The translations under genes were made by a program, and so were the position numbers. The notes under the pieces were generated by a model. The model was given only the letters and a program-made list of their open reading frames with translations, was not told the DNA's origin and searched no databases. This document shows, piece after piece, positions 1 through 9,890 of a stretch of DNA of 64,000 bases. The stretch's first letter is position 1. Every line of letters begins with the position of its first letter. The DNA comes from an uncultured delta proteobacterium. Its GTDB lineage: Bacteria > Desulfobacterota > Binatia > UBA9968. The stretch lies in assembly GCA_963745835.1 (NCBI GenBank), contig CAVUZH010000003.1, positions 512,001 to 576,000 of the forward strand. The letters run 5' to 3'.

Positions 1-1636
1 TCGCAAAGCAGCGCGCTACGTCGCCTGGCGCGCGCAGGTTGCTGGTGCGCAAGGGGATCGGTTCGGGAAAGTGCCAGTTAACCAGGTGAGCAAGAATTCG
101 CTGGTTGGGCACAGCGTAAATTTCGCCGCCGCTTTGGCTACCGTTGTTGCCACCGGGATTCGTCGGTTGCATTCCGACCTGCAGCGATGCGAGCAGCGGC
201 GTCGACCCCGACGCCGTCCATGGCTGGCCGTAATCGGTGAAATCCCAGGCGACAAGCCGGCCTTCGCCGTCAATCGCTGCTTTGGCTTCGTCGAGTTGTG
301 CTGGACCCTTGGGCTCCCAACCATGTTCATCATGCCTTGACCACTGCACGCGCACAGGCGCGCCGACGGCGCGTGACAACAACGCCGCATCTTCGGCGCC
401 GTCATCGGTGCTCATGCGGCCGTACGATCCCGACGCTTCGTGGTAGATGATGCGCACGTTCTGCTCCGGGATACCGAGGAGTTTCGCCACGGTGCTGCGC
501 GTTCTGAACGGCCCCTGCGGGCCGGACCAGATGGTCGCCTTATCGCCTTTGACATCAGCTATGGCGCAGGAAGGGCCGATCATCCCATGCATTTGAAACG
601 GCCAGCGGAAGCTTCCCTGGTAGGTCTTTTGCGCCTTTGCCAGCGCATCGGTTGCATTACCTTTATCGATGGCTTTGGTCGTGCGCACCGGCTTGGTGTT
701 TTTCAAATAGGCAAAAACTTCGTCCGGGGTTGCCGGCACTTTACTCGTCGGCTTGGACCAGGTGACTTTTAGAGTTTGCGACGCTTTGATCGCGGCCCAT
801 TCGGTTTTGGCAACCACGCCGACGAATTTCCCCTCCCGCGCGATCATGACCACGCCTGGAATTCCCTTGATGGAATCATTATCGATGCTCACGGGCTCGG
901 TGTTGATCACGGGAGGGCGCACGACTCTGCCGTGCAGCATGTTCGGAATGCGCACGTCATGAATGTAGTCATGCTCACCGGTGACCTTCGCCGGCAACTC
1001 GACACGTTTGACCGACTGGCCGACCACTTTGTATTGCTTGGGGTCCTTGGCCTTCACCTCCGGCGCGACTTTCATGTCCCAGCCGGTGCCCGTCGCGGTG
1101 ATTTTGGTATTGAATTTTTTGCCGCCGATCAGCTGGCCGTAGGAAACTTTCTTTCCGGGCGCGCCGGCAACACTCACCACGCCTTCGGTGACCGTCAACC
1201 TTTCCACCGGCGTGTTAAGGCGCACCCCTGCAAGCTTGAGTAATTCCTGGCGCGCGGCGGCGGCCGCCTGGCGGACCTGCGGCCCGGCGCGCTCGATAGT
1301 CCGGCTGCCGACGGTGGATCCCTGCTCAATCGATGTAGACGTGTCGCCCTGCACCATTTGTATTTTGGCAAAAGGGACGTCGAGCTCTTCGGCCACGATC
1401 TGCGCGAGAGCGGTGATCGTGCCGGTGCCGAGTTCCACTTTGCTGGTGTAGAAAGTAACCAACCCGTCCGGAGTGATGGCGAGCCAGGAATCGAGAGAAG
1501 TCGGATCGATGTCGCCGGATGGAAGGGTGGCGAACTGGGCCAGGGCTTTGCGCGCTGGGCTGAATAAATTGAAGCTGACGACGAGAGCGCCGGTGGTTTT
1601 GAGAAATTGCCTGCGAGTGATCTCCATGGTTTTCAT
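1..1636 (-). CDS. Molybdopterin-binding oxidoreductase large subunit (xanthine dehydrogenase family, IorB/NicB-like); runs off the left window edge
   Basis: Not in the ORF track. Read on the minus strand from ATG at 1636 (AGGAG upstream): MKTMEITRRQFLKTTGALVVSF (twin-arginine signal), then SKVELGTG, QGDTSTSIEQGSTVGSRTI and MLHGRVVRPP, typical of this family; directly downstream of a 2Fe-2S subunit gene. Confidence 0.85.
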   Translation of the reverse strand, partial: MKTMEITRRQFLKTTGALVVSFNLFSPARKALAQFATLPSGDIDPTSLDSWLAITPDGLVTFYTSKVELGTGTITALAQIVAEELDVPFAKIQMVQGDTSTSIEQGSTVGSRTIERAGPQVRQAAAAARQELLKLAGVRLNTPVERLTVTEGVVSVAGAPGKKVSYGQLIGGKKFNTKITATGTGWDMKVAPEVKAKDPKQYKVVGQSVKRVELPAKVTGEHDYIHDVRIPNMLHGRVVRPPVINTEPVSIDNDSIKGIPGVVMIAREGKFVGVVAKTEWAAIKASQTLKVTWSKPTSKVPATPDEVFAYLKNTKPVRTTKAIDKGNATDALAKAQKTYQGSFRWPFQMHGMIGPSCAIADVKGDKATIWSGPQGPFRTRSTVAKLLGIPEQNVRIIYHEASGSYGRMSTDDGAEDAALLSRAVGAPVRVQWSRHDEHGWEPKGPAQLDEAKAAIDGEGRLVAWDFTDYGQPWTASGSTPLLASLQVGMQPTNPGGNNGSQSGGEIYAVPNQRILAHLVNWHFPEPIPLRTSNLRAPGDVARCFA

Positions 1637-1652
1637 GTTCGTGGCTCCTGTA

Positions 1653-2117
1653 TTAAACTTTTTGGCCGGACGCCCGCTTTACCGCTCGTAGGATGCGGAT
1701 ATGGGTGCCGCACCGGCAAAGATTGCCGGCCAGCGCTTGCTTGATCTGCACGTCAGTGGGTTTAGGATTCGTATCGAGTAACGCCTTGGTCGTCATGATC
1801 ATACCGTTGATGCAGTAGCCGCATTGCGCGGCCTGCTCATCGACAAAGGCTTGCTGAATCTTGTGCAGTTTTTTGGTCGTGCCCAAACCTTCCAACGTGG
1901 TGACCGGCTTATTTTGGACTGCGCTGACCGGCGTGACACAGGAGCGAATGGCGTTGCCGTCCATAATCACCGTGCAAGCGCCGCACTGCGCCATGCCGCA
2001 GCCGAACTTCGGGCCGTTGAGTTCCAAGTCGTTGCGCAGGACGTAGAGCAGGGGAACATCGGGTTCCGTATCTACCACTCGTGCTTGTCCGTTTACTCTA
2101 AGTGAGATCTTGGGCAT
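1653..2117 (-). CDS. (2Fe-2S)-binding small subunit of Mo-hydroxylase (CoxS/IorA-like)
   Basis: GPKFGCGMAQCGACTV, AQCGYC and NLCRCG iron-sulfur motifs. Confidence 0.95.
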   Translation of the reverse strand: MPKISLRVNGQARVVDTEPDVPLLYVLRNDLELNGPKFGCGMAQCGACTVIMDGNAIRSCVTPVSAVQNKPVTTLEGLGTTKKLHKIQQAFVDEQAAQCGYCINGMIMTTKALLDTNPKPTDVQIKQALAGNLCRCGTHIRILRAVKRASGQKV

Positions 2118-2442
2118 GGCTGGCTCCTTTGAGTCGAAGGGCGTGTATGACTTTTTTTACGATAAGGGGCCGCAAAGTCAATATTTCACAAAGTCGATGG
2201 TGACGATTCAGATCAGGACGAGAGCGCTCAATCCGACGACTGCGAGTCGCGATTGCCCGCTGCGGTTTCGCGTTACGGAAAAATCACAACGGCTAGGAAC
2301 ACGAGGATGTTGGAGTTGAGTCATGAATTCGCGAATGCGATGAAGCTCCAAGAACTTCACCGCATACCATCAAATTTGCGGGGTGGCGATGACAGGCTCC
2401 CTCGCAGTGGCGGGGTGTCAGCGGTCGATAAGAAAACTATTT

Positions 2443-3711
2443 TCAGATTAGCTTGCGAATGTTGGCATCTTCTTTGACGAACGTCAGAAGCGCCATGCCG
2501 ACGATATAGGTCCCGGCCGCGATATAAAATGCCGGAGCAAAACCGTAATGCTGCATGACGTAGCCGATGATCAGCGTCCAGATCGGCCCGGAGATAAAGC
2601 CGACGAAATAGTAAATCGAAAATGCCGCGTCGGTGAGCTCCGGGGTGGCGAAGTCGGCGATCATGGTTTGCGTCAGCGCGCCCCGTGCTTGGACGAAGGC
2701 GCCGTAAAGAATCAGGTTGAGATAGAACAAAATGGTCAACGATTGGTGTTGGACCAGCCAAACCGTCATGACGGCGGATAATAGCAGGGTGAGTTGGGTG
2801 ATACCGCGCCGTTTACCGCTGCGATCGGAAAACCAGGCGATTGCCAGGGGTCCGACCAATCCCGCGCCTTGCATGAGCGTCAAGAGCAGCCCGCCACCCG
2901 ACGCGCTGACTCCGTATTGGGCCATGAAGAAAGGTACCAGGTAAGTCATGTTGACGCCGGTGCCGCGTCCCGCCGCGCCGGCCATGAGCACCAGTGATGT
3001 GAACACGATATTGCGATTCCTAAGGCACTGAATGTAGGCGTCGAAACCTGCTTTGGTTTTTGTTTTGCCGCCGGCGCTGTCCCTTGTGTTGCTATGATCG
3101 CTGACCCAGAAAAGCGTCAGTCCCATGAGCAAGCTCAGCGATCCGAAGATCACGAAAGCGCTGCGCCAGCCGATGTAAAGAAGCGCCAGTGACGCCGCCG
3201 CCGGTCCGATGAACGATCCGAGACTGCCCGCCGAGTGATGAAACGTGAGCGCCCAGCCGCGAGCTTTGGGATAATAGCGCGAGAGAATGCTCGAGCCGAG
3301 CGGATGCTGCGGACTCGAGCCGGCATCGATGGCGACGCGCGCCGCAACCAACTGCGGGTAGCTGCCGATGAAGTATTGCAACATTGCCGTTAGTCCGACC
3401 GCGATGTTACCGATCGCCAGCATGGTGGTGCGTTTGAAAAAAGCCGCGAGAAAACCATAGATGACTTGCAGCCCCTGGCCGACAAAGCTCGATAGAGCTG
3501 AAATGAAGCCCAGTCCGACCAGACCGAAGCCGAGCTCGGTCATCATCACCGGGAAGATCACCGAAGTGATGCTGTACTGGAGGTGATTCAAAACATGGCA
3601 ACCGCTGATCAGGCCGAGCGCCATGCGCTTTTGGCGCAGTGTAGTTTCGAGAGTCGGGGTTTCTGCCGAGGCGACGCTTGCGGTAACGACAGAGGTGGTT
3701 TGATCATTCAT
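2443..3711 (-). CDS. MFS transporter
   Basis: 422 aa, about 12 hydrophobic segments, motif-A-like WFSDRSGKRR, QHPLGSSILSRYYPKARG. Confidence 0.9.
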   Translation of the reverse strand: MNDQTTSVVTASVASAETPTLETTLRQKRMALGLISGCHVLNHLQYSITSVIFPVMMTELGFGLVGLGFISALSSFVGQGLQVIYGFLAAFFKRTTMLAIGNIAVGLTAMLQYFIGSYPQLVAARVAIDAGSSPQHPLGSSILSRYYPKARGWALTFHHSAGSLGSFIGPAAASLALLYIGWRSAFVIFGSLSLLMGLTLFWVSDHSNTRDSAGGKTKTKAGFDAYIQCLRNRNIVFTSLVLMAGAAGRGTGVNMTYLVPFFMAQYGVSASGGGLLLTLMQGAGLVGPLAIAWFSDRSGKRRGITQLTLLLSAVMTVWLVQHQSLTILFYLNLILYGAFVQARGALTQTMIADFATPELTDAAFSIYYFVGFISGPIWTLIIGYVMQHYGFAPAFYIAAGTYIVGMALLTFVKEDANIRKLI

Positions 3712-4110
3712 CCCGAATTCCGCACTTCAGGGGGACACAGCGATCAAGGGACGAACCCTCCGGAACGAAGGCAATAGGTCTGTGGCTGATAGTGGCTTGC
3801 AAGCTCCTGAGCTTTAGCGGACGCTTGAAAAAATTGCCAGCCCAGGGCCAAGCACCATAGACGGCTTTGAGATTGTTCGCTTCTGTGCCTTCGCTCCTCC
3901 GCGCTCGCCCCTCGATCACTCTGCAGGTATCCGTCTCTACTGCGAAATCCGGGTTCATGCCAGTAAGTGTCGAATATTGGGAGCATGGAGTATTGACAAT
4001 CAGGTGTATAAGTTGATGAGCGCCGCGTCAAACGCGGTGTTCGGACAGAGGAAATTGCCGAGACGATCCGCTGTGGTTGCCGGCGGGATTTCGCACAATC
4101 GAATTGGATT

Positions 4111-5703
4111 TTATCCCGCTTTCTGAGGCCGTTGAGCCGGCTCAGCGGGCCTAGCGCCCGGCATGAGCAGACTGGGGATCACGCCGATCGCCATGAGCAC
4201 AAATCCGGTGAGAAAGGCGTACCAAAGGGCATTGCTGAGAATTGCGACAAGTCTCGGCAGCAGTTCCGGCGCGATCTGCATGCGCGTTGCCGGTTCCAAA
4301 AGATTTTGCGGATGAGCGAGCTTATCGAGCAATGCGCTCGAAAGTCCGCTACTGGAAAGCTTAGTTAAGCCACGCTGCATCTGGTGTAGCAGCACTGTTC
4401 CCATCAAGCTCACGGAGAATGCGCCGCCAAAAGTTCTGAACAGCATCAAGGTCGAAGTGGCCACGCCGATGCGCTGAGGTGAAACGGAATTCTGCACTGC
4501 CACTAGAGTTGTCAGATTGGCCATGCCCATGCCGGTGCCGATCAACGTAGCGCTTACAATCACCCAGGGGACCGTCAGTGCCGCTCCGAAAAGAACAAAG
4601 AAACTGTAGCCGACGGCCATTAGCAACATGCCGCTGGCGGCCACGGCCCGATAGCCGAAGCGATTGCTCGCTTGCCCGGCGACCAAGCTGCCCAACGTCC
4701 ACGCCATGCTCAGAAACAACAACACCATTCCGGCGCGGGAAGCGGTGAGACCGGTCACGCCTTGAAGGTAGAGCGGCAGATAACTGATGGCGCCGAACAC
4801 CCCCATCGCTGCAAGGGTCGCCACAGCGGTCGAGGTTTTATAAGAGCTCGAATGAAACAAGTCCAGCGGGATCACTGGTTCCGCGGCTCGGCGTTCGATG
4901 AAGTAGAATATTAGGAGAAAGATCAGCGCCAGAACAATAAGGCCGGCAAGGATCACATCGAGAGGCTGGTGCGAATGAGCGCTGTGGGATAGCGCGTAAA
5001 ACAGCAGCAACAACGCCGCCAGCAAGGCGAGCATGCCAGCGATATCGAGTTTATGCTCGCGCCGTTTGTGGACCGCCTCTTTGAGGCCAACGACAATCAA
5101 GCCGATGGCGATCGCGGTAATCGGTAAATTGACGAAAAATGCCCAACGCCAATGCCAATGCTCGACGATGATGCCGCCCGCGAGGGGGCCCAGGACCGAT
5201 GCGACACCCCAGATGCCGCTGATGATGCCCTGCATTCGAGCGCGCTCCTCGGGCTGGAACAAAATGCCGACGACGATGAATGACAGCGCGTAGATCGCGC
5301 CGCCGCCGAGACCCTGCACGGCGCGGAACAACACGAGCTGCTCCATGCTTTGCGCCGCGCCGCACAATACTGAGCCAACGACGAATAAGCCGATACCAAT
5401 AAGCATGAGCCTGCGCCGGCTGTAGAGATCGGAGAGCTTGCCGAAGAGCGGCGTTGTGAGCGCAGAGCTGAGCATGTAAATCGAGAATACCCAGCTATAG
5501 AATTCCAGGCCGCCGAGTTGGGCGACGATCGTCGGCATTGAAGTGGCGACGATGGTGGCATCGATGGCAAACAAAAAAATCACGAGCATGACGCCGGTCA
5601 CCGCCAGATTGCGCTTCGATCCGGCGCCTGCAAAAAATCCTTGAGGGTTGTTCACGTGGGTTGGTTCGGGTGGGTGTAAATCAAGTTCCTGCTTCATTGT
5701 CAT
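4111..5703 (-). CDS. DHA2-type (14-TMS, EmrB/QacA-like) MFS efflux transporter
   Basis: AIDATIVATSMPTIV, FGKLSDLYSRRR, RAVQGLGGG, GPLAGG..WHWRWAFFVNLP; start codon uncertain (5697-5718). Confidence 0.9.
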   Translation of the reverse strand: MTMKQELDLHPPEPTHVNNPQGFFAGAGSKRNLAVTGVMLVIFLFAIDATIVATSMPTIVAQLGGLEFYSWVFSIYMLSSALTTPLFGKLSDLYSRRRLMLIGIGLFVVGSVLCGAAQSMEQLVLFRAVQGLGGGAIYALSFIVVGILFQPEERARMQGIISGIWGVASVLGPLAGGIIVEHWHWRWAFFVNLPITAIAIGLIVVGLKEAVHKRREHKLDIAGMLALLAALLLLFYALSHSAHSHQPLDVILAGLIVLALIFLLIFYFIERRAAEPVIPLDLFHSSSYKTSTAVATLAAMGVFGAISYLPLYLQGVTGLTASRAGMVLLFLSMAWTLGSLVAGQASNRFGYRAVAASGMLLMAVGYSFFVLFGAALTVPWVIVSATLIGTGMGMANLTTLVAVQNSVSPQRIGVATSTLMLFRTFGGAFSVSLMGTVLLHQMQRGLTKLSSSGLSSALLDKLAHPQNLLEPATRMQIAPELLPRLVAILSNALWYAFLTGFVLMAIGVIPSLLMPGARPAEPAQRPQKAG

Positions 5704-5880
5704 CGTTGAACCAGTCAATGAGAATAGTCAAGCAACCGTTGTTGCCGTGATGATGCCGCGGAGATCGTCAGCCGGAGCGTTCAGCGAAGCGCGAGCCCGG
5801 AGCCACTCTCGACTCCGCTGCGAACGAGCCGTCATGCAGCGACTTGCAGCGATTTCTGCGCGTCTTCGACCCTCCTGCGG

Positions 5881-6036
5881 CTAGCAGGTTGCTGAAAAAC
5901 TCTGGTCGCAGGCTGCTCAAAAAGATCCAAAGGCAAGGCGCGCGAAAAATCGAGAGCTAAGGCGTACTTACAGTACGTTGCAGCGAGGTGATTCGAGCGC
6001 AACGCTGCATATGGGTCTTTTTCAGTAGCCTGCTAG
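5881..6036. mobile_element. MITE-like element, copy 1 (156 bp)
   Basis: Terminal inverted repeats CTAGCAGGTTGCTGAAAAA ... TTTTTCAGTAGCCTGCTAG (17/19 match); second homologous copy at 61471-61577. Confidence 0.8.
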
Positions 6037-6442
6037 AGGGTATCCCAACGGTTTCGCAATCCGCAAGAAATATCTAACAGCTTCTCGAGCCGAGAAGCGC
6101 GCTGGACGTTTGACAAATGATTGGCGCCCAAGTGGAAAGTGATATCCACCGATATCCGCTATGCGCGGATAGACTAACAGCTGAAGGATGCAGTCCGAGA
6201 AACAACGCGCGTACGGAGCTCTAGAAGTAACGCTCCTCCAAATTCTGTTCAACGTTCAAGTTTGTTCAATGGCCAGCTCCATACATGACATCTGCGAGAG
6301 GGAAGGCGTGAACTGTTTAGAGTTTTCGGATGCAAGATCCTCAAGGTATTCTGGGGCCAACTTACCGTAAGAATATGGCGCTAGGCCGAAAGACACGGTT
6401 TTTTTCGAACCACGTCTCTCAGCCGTAGCGCAGCAGTCGATA

Positions 6443-7093
6443 TCAGGTCTTGCTTGCCGCGGTAGATGCCGCTTCGTATTCGGGCGTTCCCTTGGCCGGA
6501 ATTGTCCAGTAATAAACTGTGCTCCCGCCAGCGTTCAATGTCTGCTGCGGTTTCCAAGTGCCCATGTCGAAAGCGTGCGAGACAATACGGGTCCCTGGCT
6601 TTAGTTCAGATAACAGTTTTGGCAGCAATTTTAGATTGAGGCTAGGCAGTAAGTAGAGCGTAACGACGGTTGCCTCGCTGATATCCGCTTGAAACAAGTC
6701 CTCGTTGAGGAAACGCACGCGGTCGCCGACGCCGGCGGCCTTGTGATTAGCCTGAGCTTCCTTGATACGGTCGGGATTGATGTCGATGCCGACGGCGCGC
6801 GCCGCATTGTACTTCTGCACCGCCATGATCGGGATGCGCCCGTCGCCCGAACCTAAATCATAGACTACGTCCTCCTTGCCGACCTTGGCAACTTTGAGCA
6901 TCGCGTCCACGGTTTCAGCGGGTGTTGGAACGTACACGACATCGGGCGAGCGAAGCTGCTTCTCCGCGGTCGTGCCTTTCGGCGCGGACCCCGGCTGCTG
7001 GTCCTGGGCGCTTGCGTAAGAGCCATCAATTGAAAGTGCCAATGCGAGCACGTACGACAATTTAAGAATTTTCACCGATTCCTCCTTGTTCAT
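6443..7093 (-). CDS. Class I SAM-dependent methyltransferase with probable signal peptide
   Basis: PDVVYVPTP, VYDLGSGDGRI, GIDIN and ATVVTLYLLP motifs; N-terminal hydrophobic stretch ending ASA-QD. Confidence 0.88.
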   Translation of the reverse strand: MNKEESVKILKLSYVLALALSIDGSYASAQDQQPGSAPKGTTAEKQLRSPDVVYVPTPAETVDAMLKVAKVGKEDVVYDLGSGDGRIPIMAVQKYNAARAVGIDINPDRIKEAQANHKAAGVGDRVRFLNEDLFQADISEATVVTLYLLPSLNLKLLPKLLSELKPGTRIVSHAFDMGTWKPQQTLNAGGSTVYYWTIPAKGTPEYEAASTAASKT

Positions 7094-7251
7094 GTATGAC
7101 GTTGTTGAGCATTGAATCTAGACTGTGCCTCGGAGCTCATGAGAATATAACCTTAAAAGAAGAGTACCGATAGATTGTGCAGCTCTTTTTCACTTGCTGG
7201 GAAAATCTTGGAGAGATGGGTCTGCTGGTCCGAGGAGAATGCCGATCAACC

Positions 7252-7689
7252 CTATGAACTCTGCGGGTTCAGAGTGAGTCCCTGTCCTGTCACTACAATA
7301 TGTTGTCCCTGGGCGTAGAAGTCTCCGGTGAACTCCCAAGCATTTTCTTTGAGACTTAAGTCGATGGCATTTTTCCCATGCCTGTCGGTTACGACTATGC
7401 GCTCAGGAGGATTGTGGTTGGGCGGAAGCGATTGCACCGAGTAAAAATTATCCTTGTTGAATTCGATTGCGTTGCTGCGAATTCTGGCGACTAAACCTCC
7501 ATCGGCATCTGACAGGTCAGCATTCAAGAATGCGCCACCTGCTTTGAATTCAACCCACACTGACTGAGTCGGGGGCGGCAATGTGGCGCCAATCACGACA
7601 CCTCCTGCATCATTGAGGCCGATGATCGTGAAATCACCTTCACATAGAAACCGGTTGCTGCCAAACTTTATGCTGGTCGATTGCGCCAA
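7252..7689 (-). CDS. Hypothetical protein (beta-rich)
   Basis: Open frame with GGAGG upstream of TTG at 7689; no family motif recognised. Confidence 0.55.
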   Translation of the reverse strand: MAQSTSIKFGSNRFLCEGDFTIIGLNDAGGVVIGATLPPPTQSVWVEFKAGGAFLNADLSDADGGLVARIRSNAIEFNKDNFYSVQSLPPNHNPPERIVVTDRHGKNAIDLSLKENAWEFTGDFYAQGQHIVVTGQGLTLNPQSS

Positions 7690-8051
7690 GTAATCATCCT
7701 CCGAGCGATCTATAAGAAAGATCCACAAGCCGGTTGGGAATTTTCAATCCTAGGGGTCCACGCCATTTCAAAGTTTAAATCCGGCTTAGCTAAACTGATC
7801 AAGCAATCTGCATGGGCGAATTTCAGCGCCTTAATTCATTTTGCCTGAAATAGTTGCGGATTTCGTTATTGCGCGATCCCTATGGGTAAACTTTCGCGAA
7901 TGTGTCTGAAAATCAAGCCTCTCTTAGCAAGAACTTAGGTTGGGCCCGGACTACGGGGCGTGAGCGGCTGAGAGGTGCTTGCCTCCTGGGCCGATCGCGC
8001 TAGAGATAGCGTATAGATAGGTCTCCAAGAAATTTTCTGGGAGGATGCTTT

Positions 8052-8513
8052 ATGGCTGATGGCATGCGCGCGAATTCTTCGGCACAACTACTGTTTGGTT
8101 TTGTCGCCGGCTTTCTTGCCACTCTCATCTTTCACCAGCTGGCGCTAGCTTTACTATGGTTTATAGGCATGGCGCCATCGGGTCCTTTTCCAATGGCGGC
8201 GACTCGACCGTTTGGCGTGCCGGCGGTTTTTTCGTTGGCATTCTGGGGCGGTGTCTGGGGTATCTTATTTGCGTTGGTTCAACGTCGCTTTCCTCCGAGC
8301 GGCGCCTACTGGGTTGCGGCATTTCTTTTTGGCGCCATTCTGCCTTCCGTGGTTGCTCTTATGGTGGTTTTACCGCTTAAGGGAAGACCCATGGGCGGCG
8401 GTTGGCATCCGCCTCTGCTGCTGACGGCATTTTTAATCAACGGCGTGTGGGGTATCGGCACCGGGCTCATCCTCAAGCTTTTAACCAGTTGGTCCAGCGG
8501 TCGCGCACGCTAA
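8052..8513 (+). CDS. Hypothetical membrane protein (about 4 TM)
   Basis: GGAGG RBS; hydrophobic segments; PFGVPAVFSLAFWGGVWG. Confidence 0.8.
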   Translation: MADGMRANSSAQLLFGFVAGFLATLIFHQLALALLWFIGMAPSGPFPMAATRPFGVPAVFSLAFWGGVWGILFALVQRRFPPSGAYWVAAFLFGAILPSVVALMVVLPLKGRPMGGGWHPPLLLTAFLINGVWGIGTGLILKLLTSWSSGRAR

Positions 8514-8587
8514 CGCCCGTTCTGCAAGATAACTTTCGGGCCTCTGCTTTCCGTCTGGGCATTGCCCTAGTGATGAGTGCTGCTCCT

Positions 8588-9832
8588 TTATAGAAAGTCC
8601 TCCGGGACGCCTTCAATGCGGCAGCGGGCGATTCGCCCTTCCTGCATTACGAACTCCACCTGGCGCAGCGCGGAGATCTGTTTGAGTGGGTTGCCCGGAA
8701 CAGCAATAATGTCGGCCAACTTTCCCGTCTCTATTGTTCCGACTTTCTGCTCGATACCTAAGATCGCCGCATTGGTCGCGGTGGCCGCGACAATCACATC
8801 GCGCTCCGCCATGCCTCCGTCGACCATCAGGTCGAATTCAGCGCCGTTCTCTCCGTGCGGGAAAAGCGCCGAGCCTTCAAAGTCGGTCCCCATGCCGATG
8901 GTAATTCCCATGCGCATCGCTAGGGCAAATGATTTCATATGGGCTTCGACCACCTCTTTGGCTTTACGCACAGCATAGGCCGGCGATCCCAGATCTTCAC
9001 CCAAGGTGGCGATGCGATAAAAATAGGCGAGGGTAGGGACGAGCATAGTATTTCGCTCGCGCATCCATTGACAGGCTTCTTCGTCCAAATAGATTCCGTG
9101 CTCGATGGAATCGACTCCGCCCAGGATTCCGTTCTTGATGCCCTGGGTTGCCTGAGCGTGAGCCGCCACCCGCCGGCCCATCCGGTGAGCCTCCTTGACG
9201 ATCGCCTGGATCTCCTCCGATGTGTACGCGGTTTGCCCTGGATCGCTTTGCGGGGCATAGACTCGGCCAGTGATCGATACCTTGATCAAGTCGGCGCCCA
9301 GACCGATCTGCTCTCTGACAACCCGCACGCAATCGTCGACTCCATCGACCTCCTGGCGCAGCGGCGTGATATCCAGAGCCCAAGTGACCTTCTTCACGCG
9401 TCCCGTCTGTGACAGTCCCCGGTATGCGGTGAGAATCCTCGGCCCGGGGATTTCTTTGGCGGCGATTGCATCGCGCAAGTGGGGCCCCAGGCAACCACCG
9501 CAATCGCGCACGGTGGTAAATCCCGCATGGAGCAACTTCCGACAGTCGGCCGCGGCGCGCAATGCCGCCAATGGATGCGGCGTTATGAGCACGTCGTCGG
9601 GATTGGAACTGCGCCAGCCTTTGAGGTGAACATGCGCATCAATGAGGCCGGGAAGGAGGGTGCGCGCTCCCAAATAAATCCGGCGGGCGCCCTCCGGCGC
9701 TTTGATCCGGTCGGCGGGCCCTGCGGCGATGATCCGTTCTCCTTGAATGACAACTCGCGCGGGCTCCACCGGAGGACCACCGCGACCATCGATCATGCGC
9801 TCTGCGTCTATAGAGATTATCTCGTTCACCAT
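8588..9832 (-). CDS. Metal-dependent amidohydrolase (Xaa-Pro dipeptidase/imidazolonepropionase-like)
   Basis: LLPGLIDAHVHL, GFTTVRDCGG, GADLIKV, AAHA, SIEHG, GTD, GTIETGKLADII. Confidence 0.92.
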   Translation of the reverse strand: MVNEIISIDAERMIDGRGGPPVEPARVVIQGERIIAAGPADRIKAPEGARRIYLGARTLLPGLIDAHVHLKGWRSSNPDDVLITPHPLAALRAAADCRKLLHAGFTTVRDCGGCLGPHLRDAIAAKEIPGPRILTAYRGLSQTGRVKKVTWALDITPLRQEVDGVDDCVRVVREQIGLGADLIKVSITGRVYAPQSDPGQTAYTSEEIQAIVKEAHRMGRRVAAHAQATQGIKNGILGGVDSIEHGIYLDEEACQWMRERNTMLVPTLAYFYRIATLGEDLGSPAYAVRKAKEVVEAHMKSFALAMRMGITIGMGTDFEGSALFPHGENGAEFDLMVDGGMAERDVIVAATATNAAILGIEQKVGTIETGKLADIIAVPGNPLKQISALRQVEFVMQEGRIARCRIEGVPEDFL

Positions 9833-9890
9833 CAAACTCCTTATGCGATTAATTTATTCGGTATAGGTTGCGGAAAGGGAACTCATCAGT

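Noticed and set aside
16-1691. Short ORFs listed in the track over 16-1691 and 63042-63983
   Set aside because: Antisense or alternative-frame shadows of the edge-truncated Mo-enzyme large-subunit genes; the same applies to most short overlapping ORFs in this GC-rich window.
6037-6442. Possible ncRNA or small gene next to the MITE
   Set aside because: Only one short hairpin (TATCCGC..GCGGATA) and non-descript short ORFs; no recognisable family.
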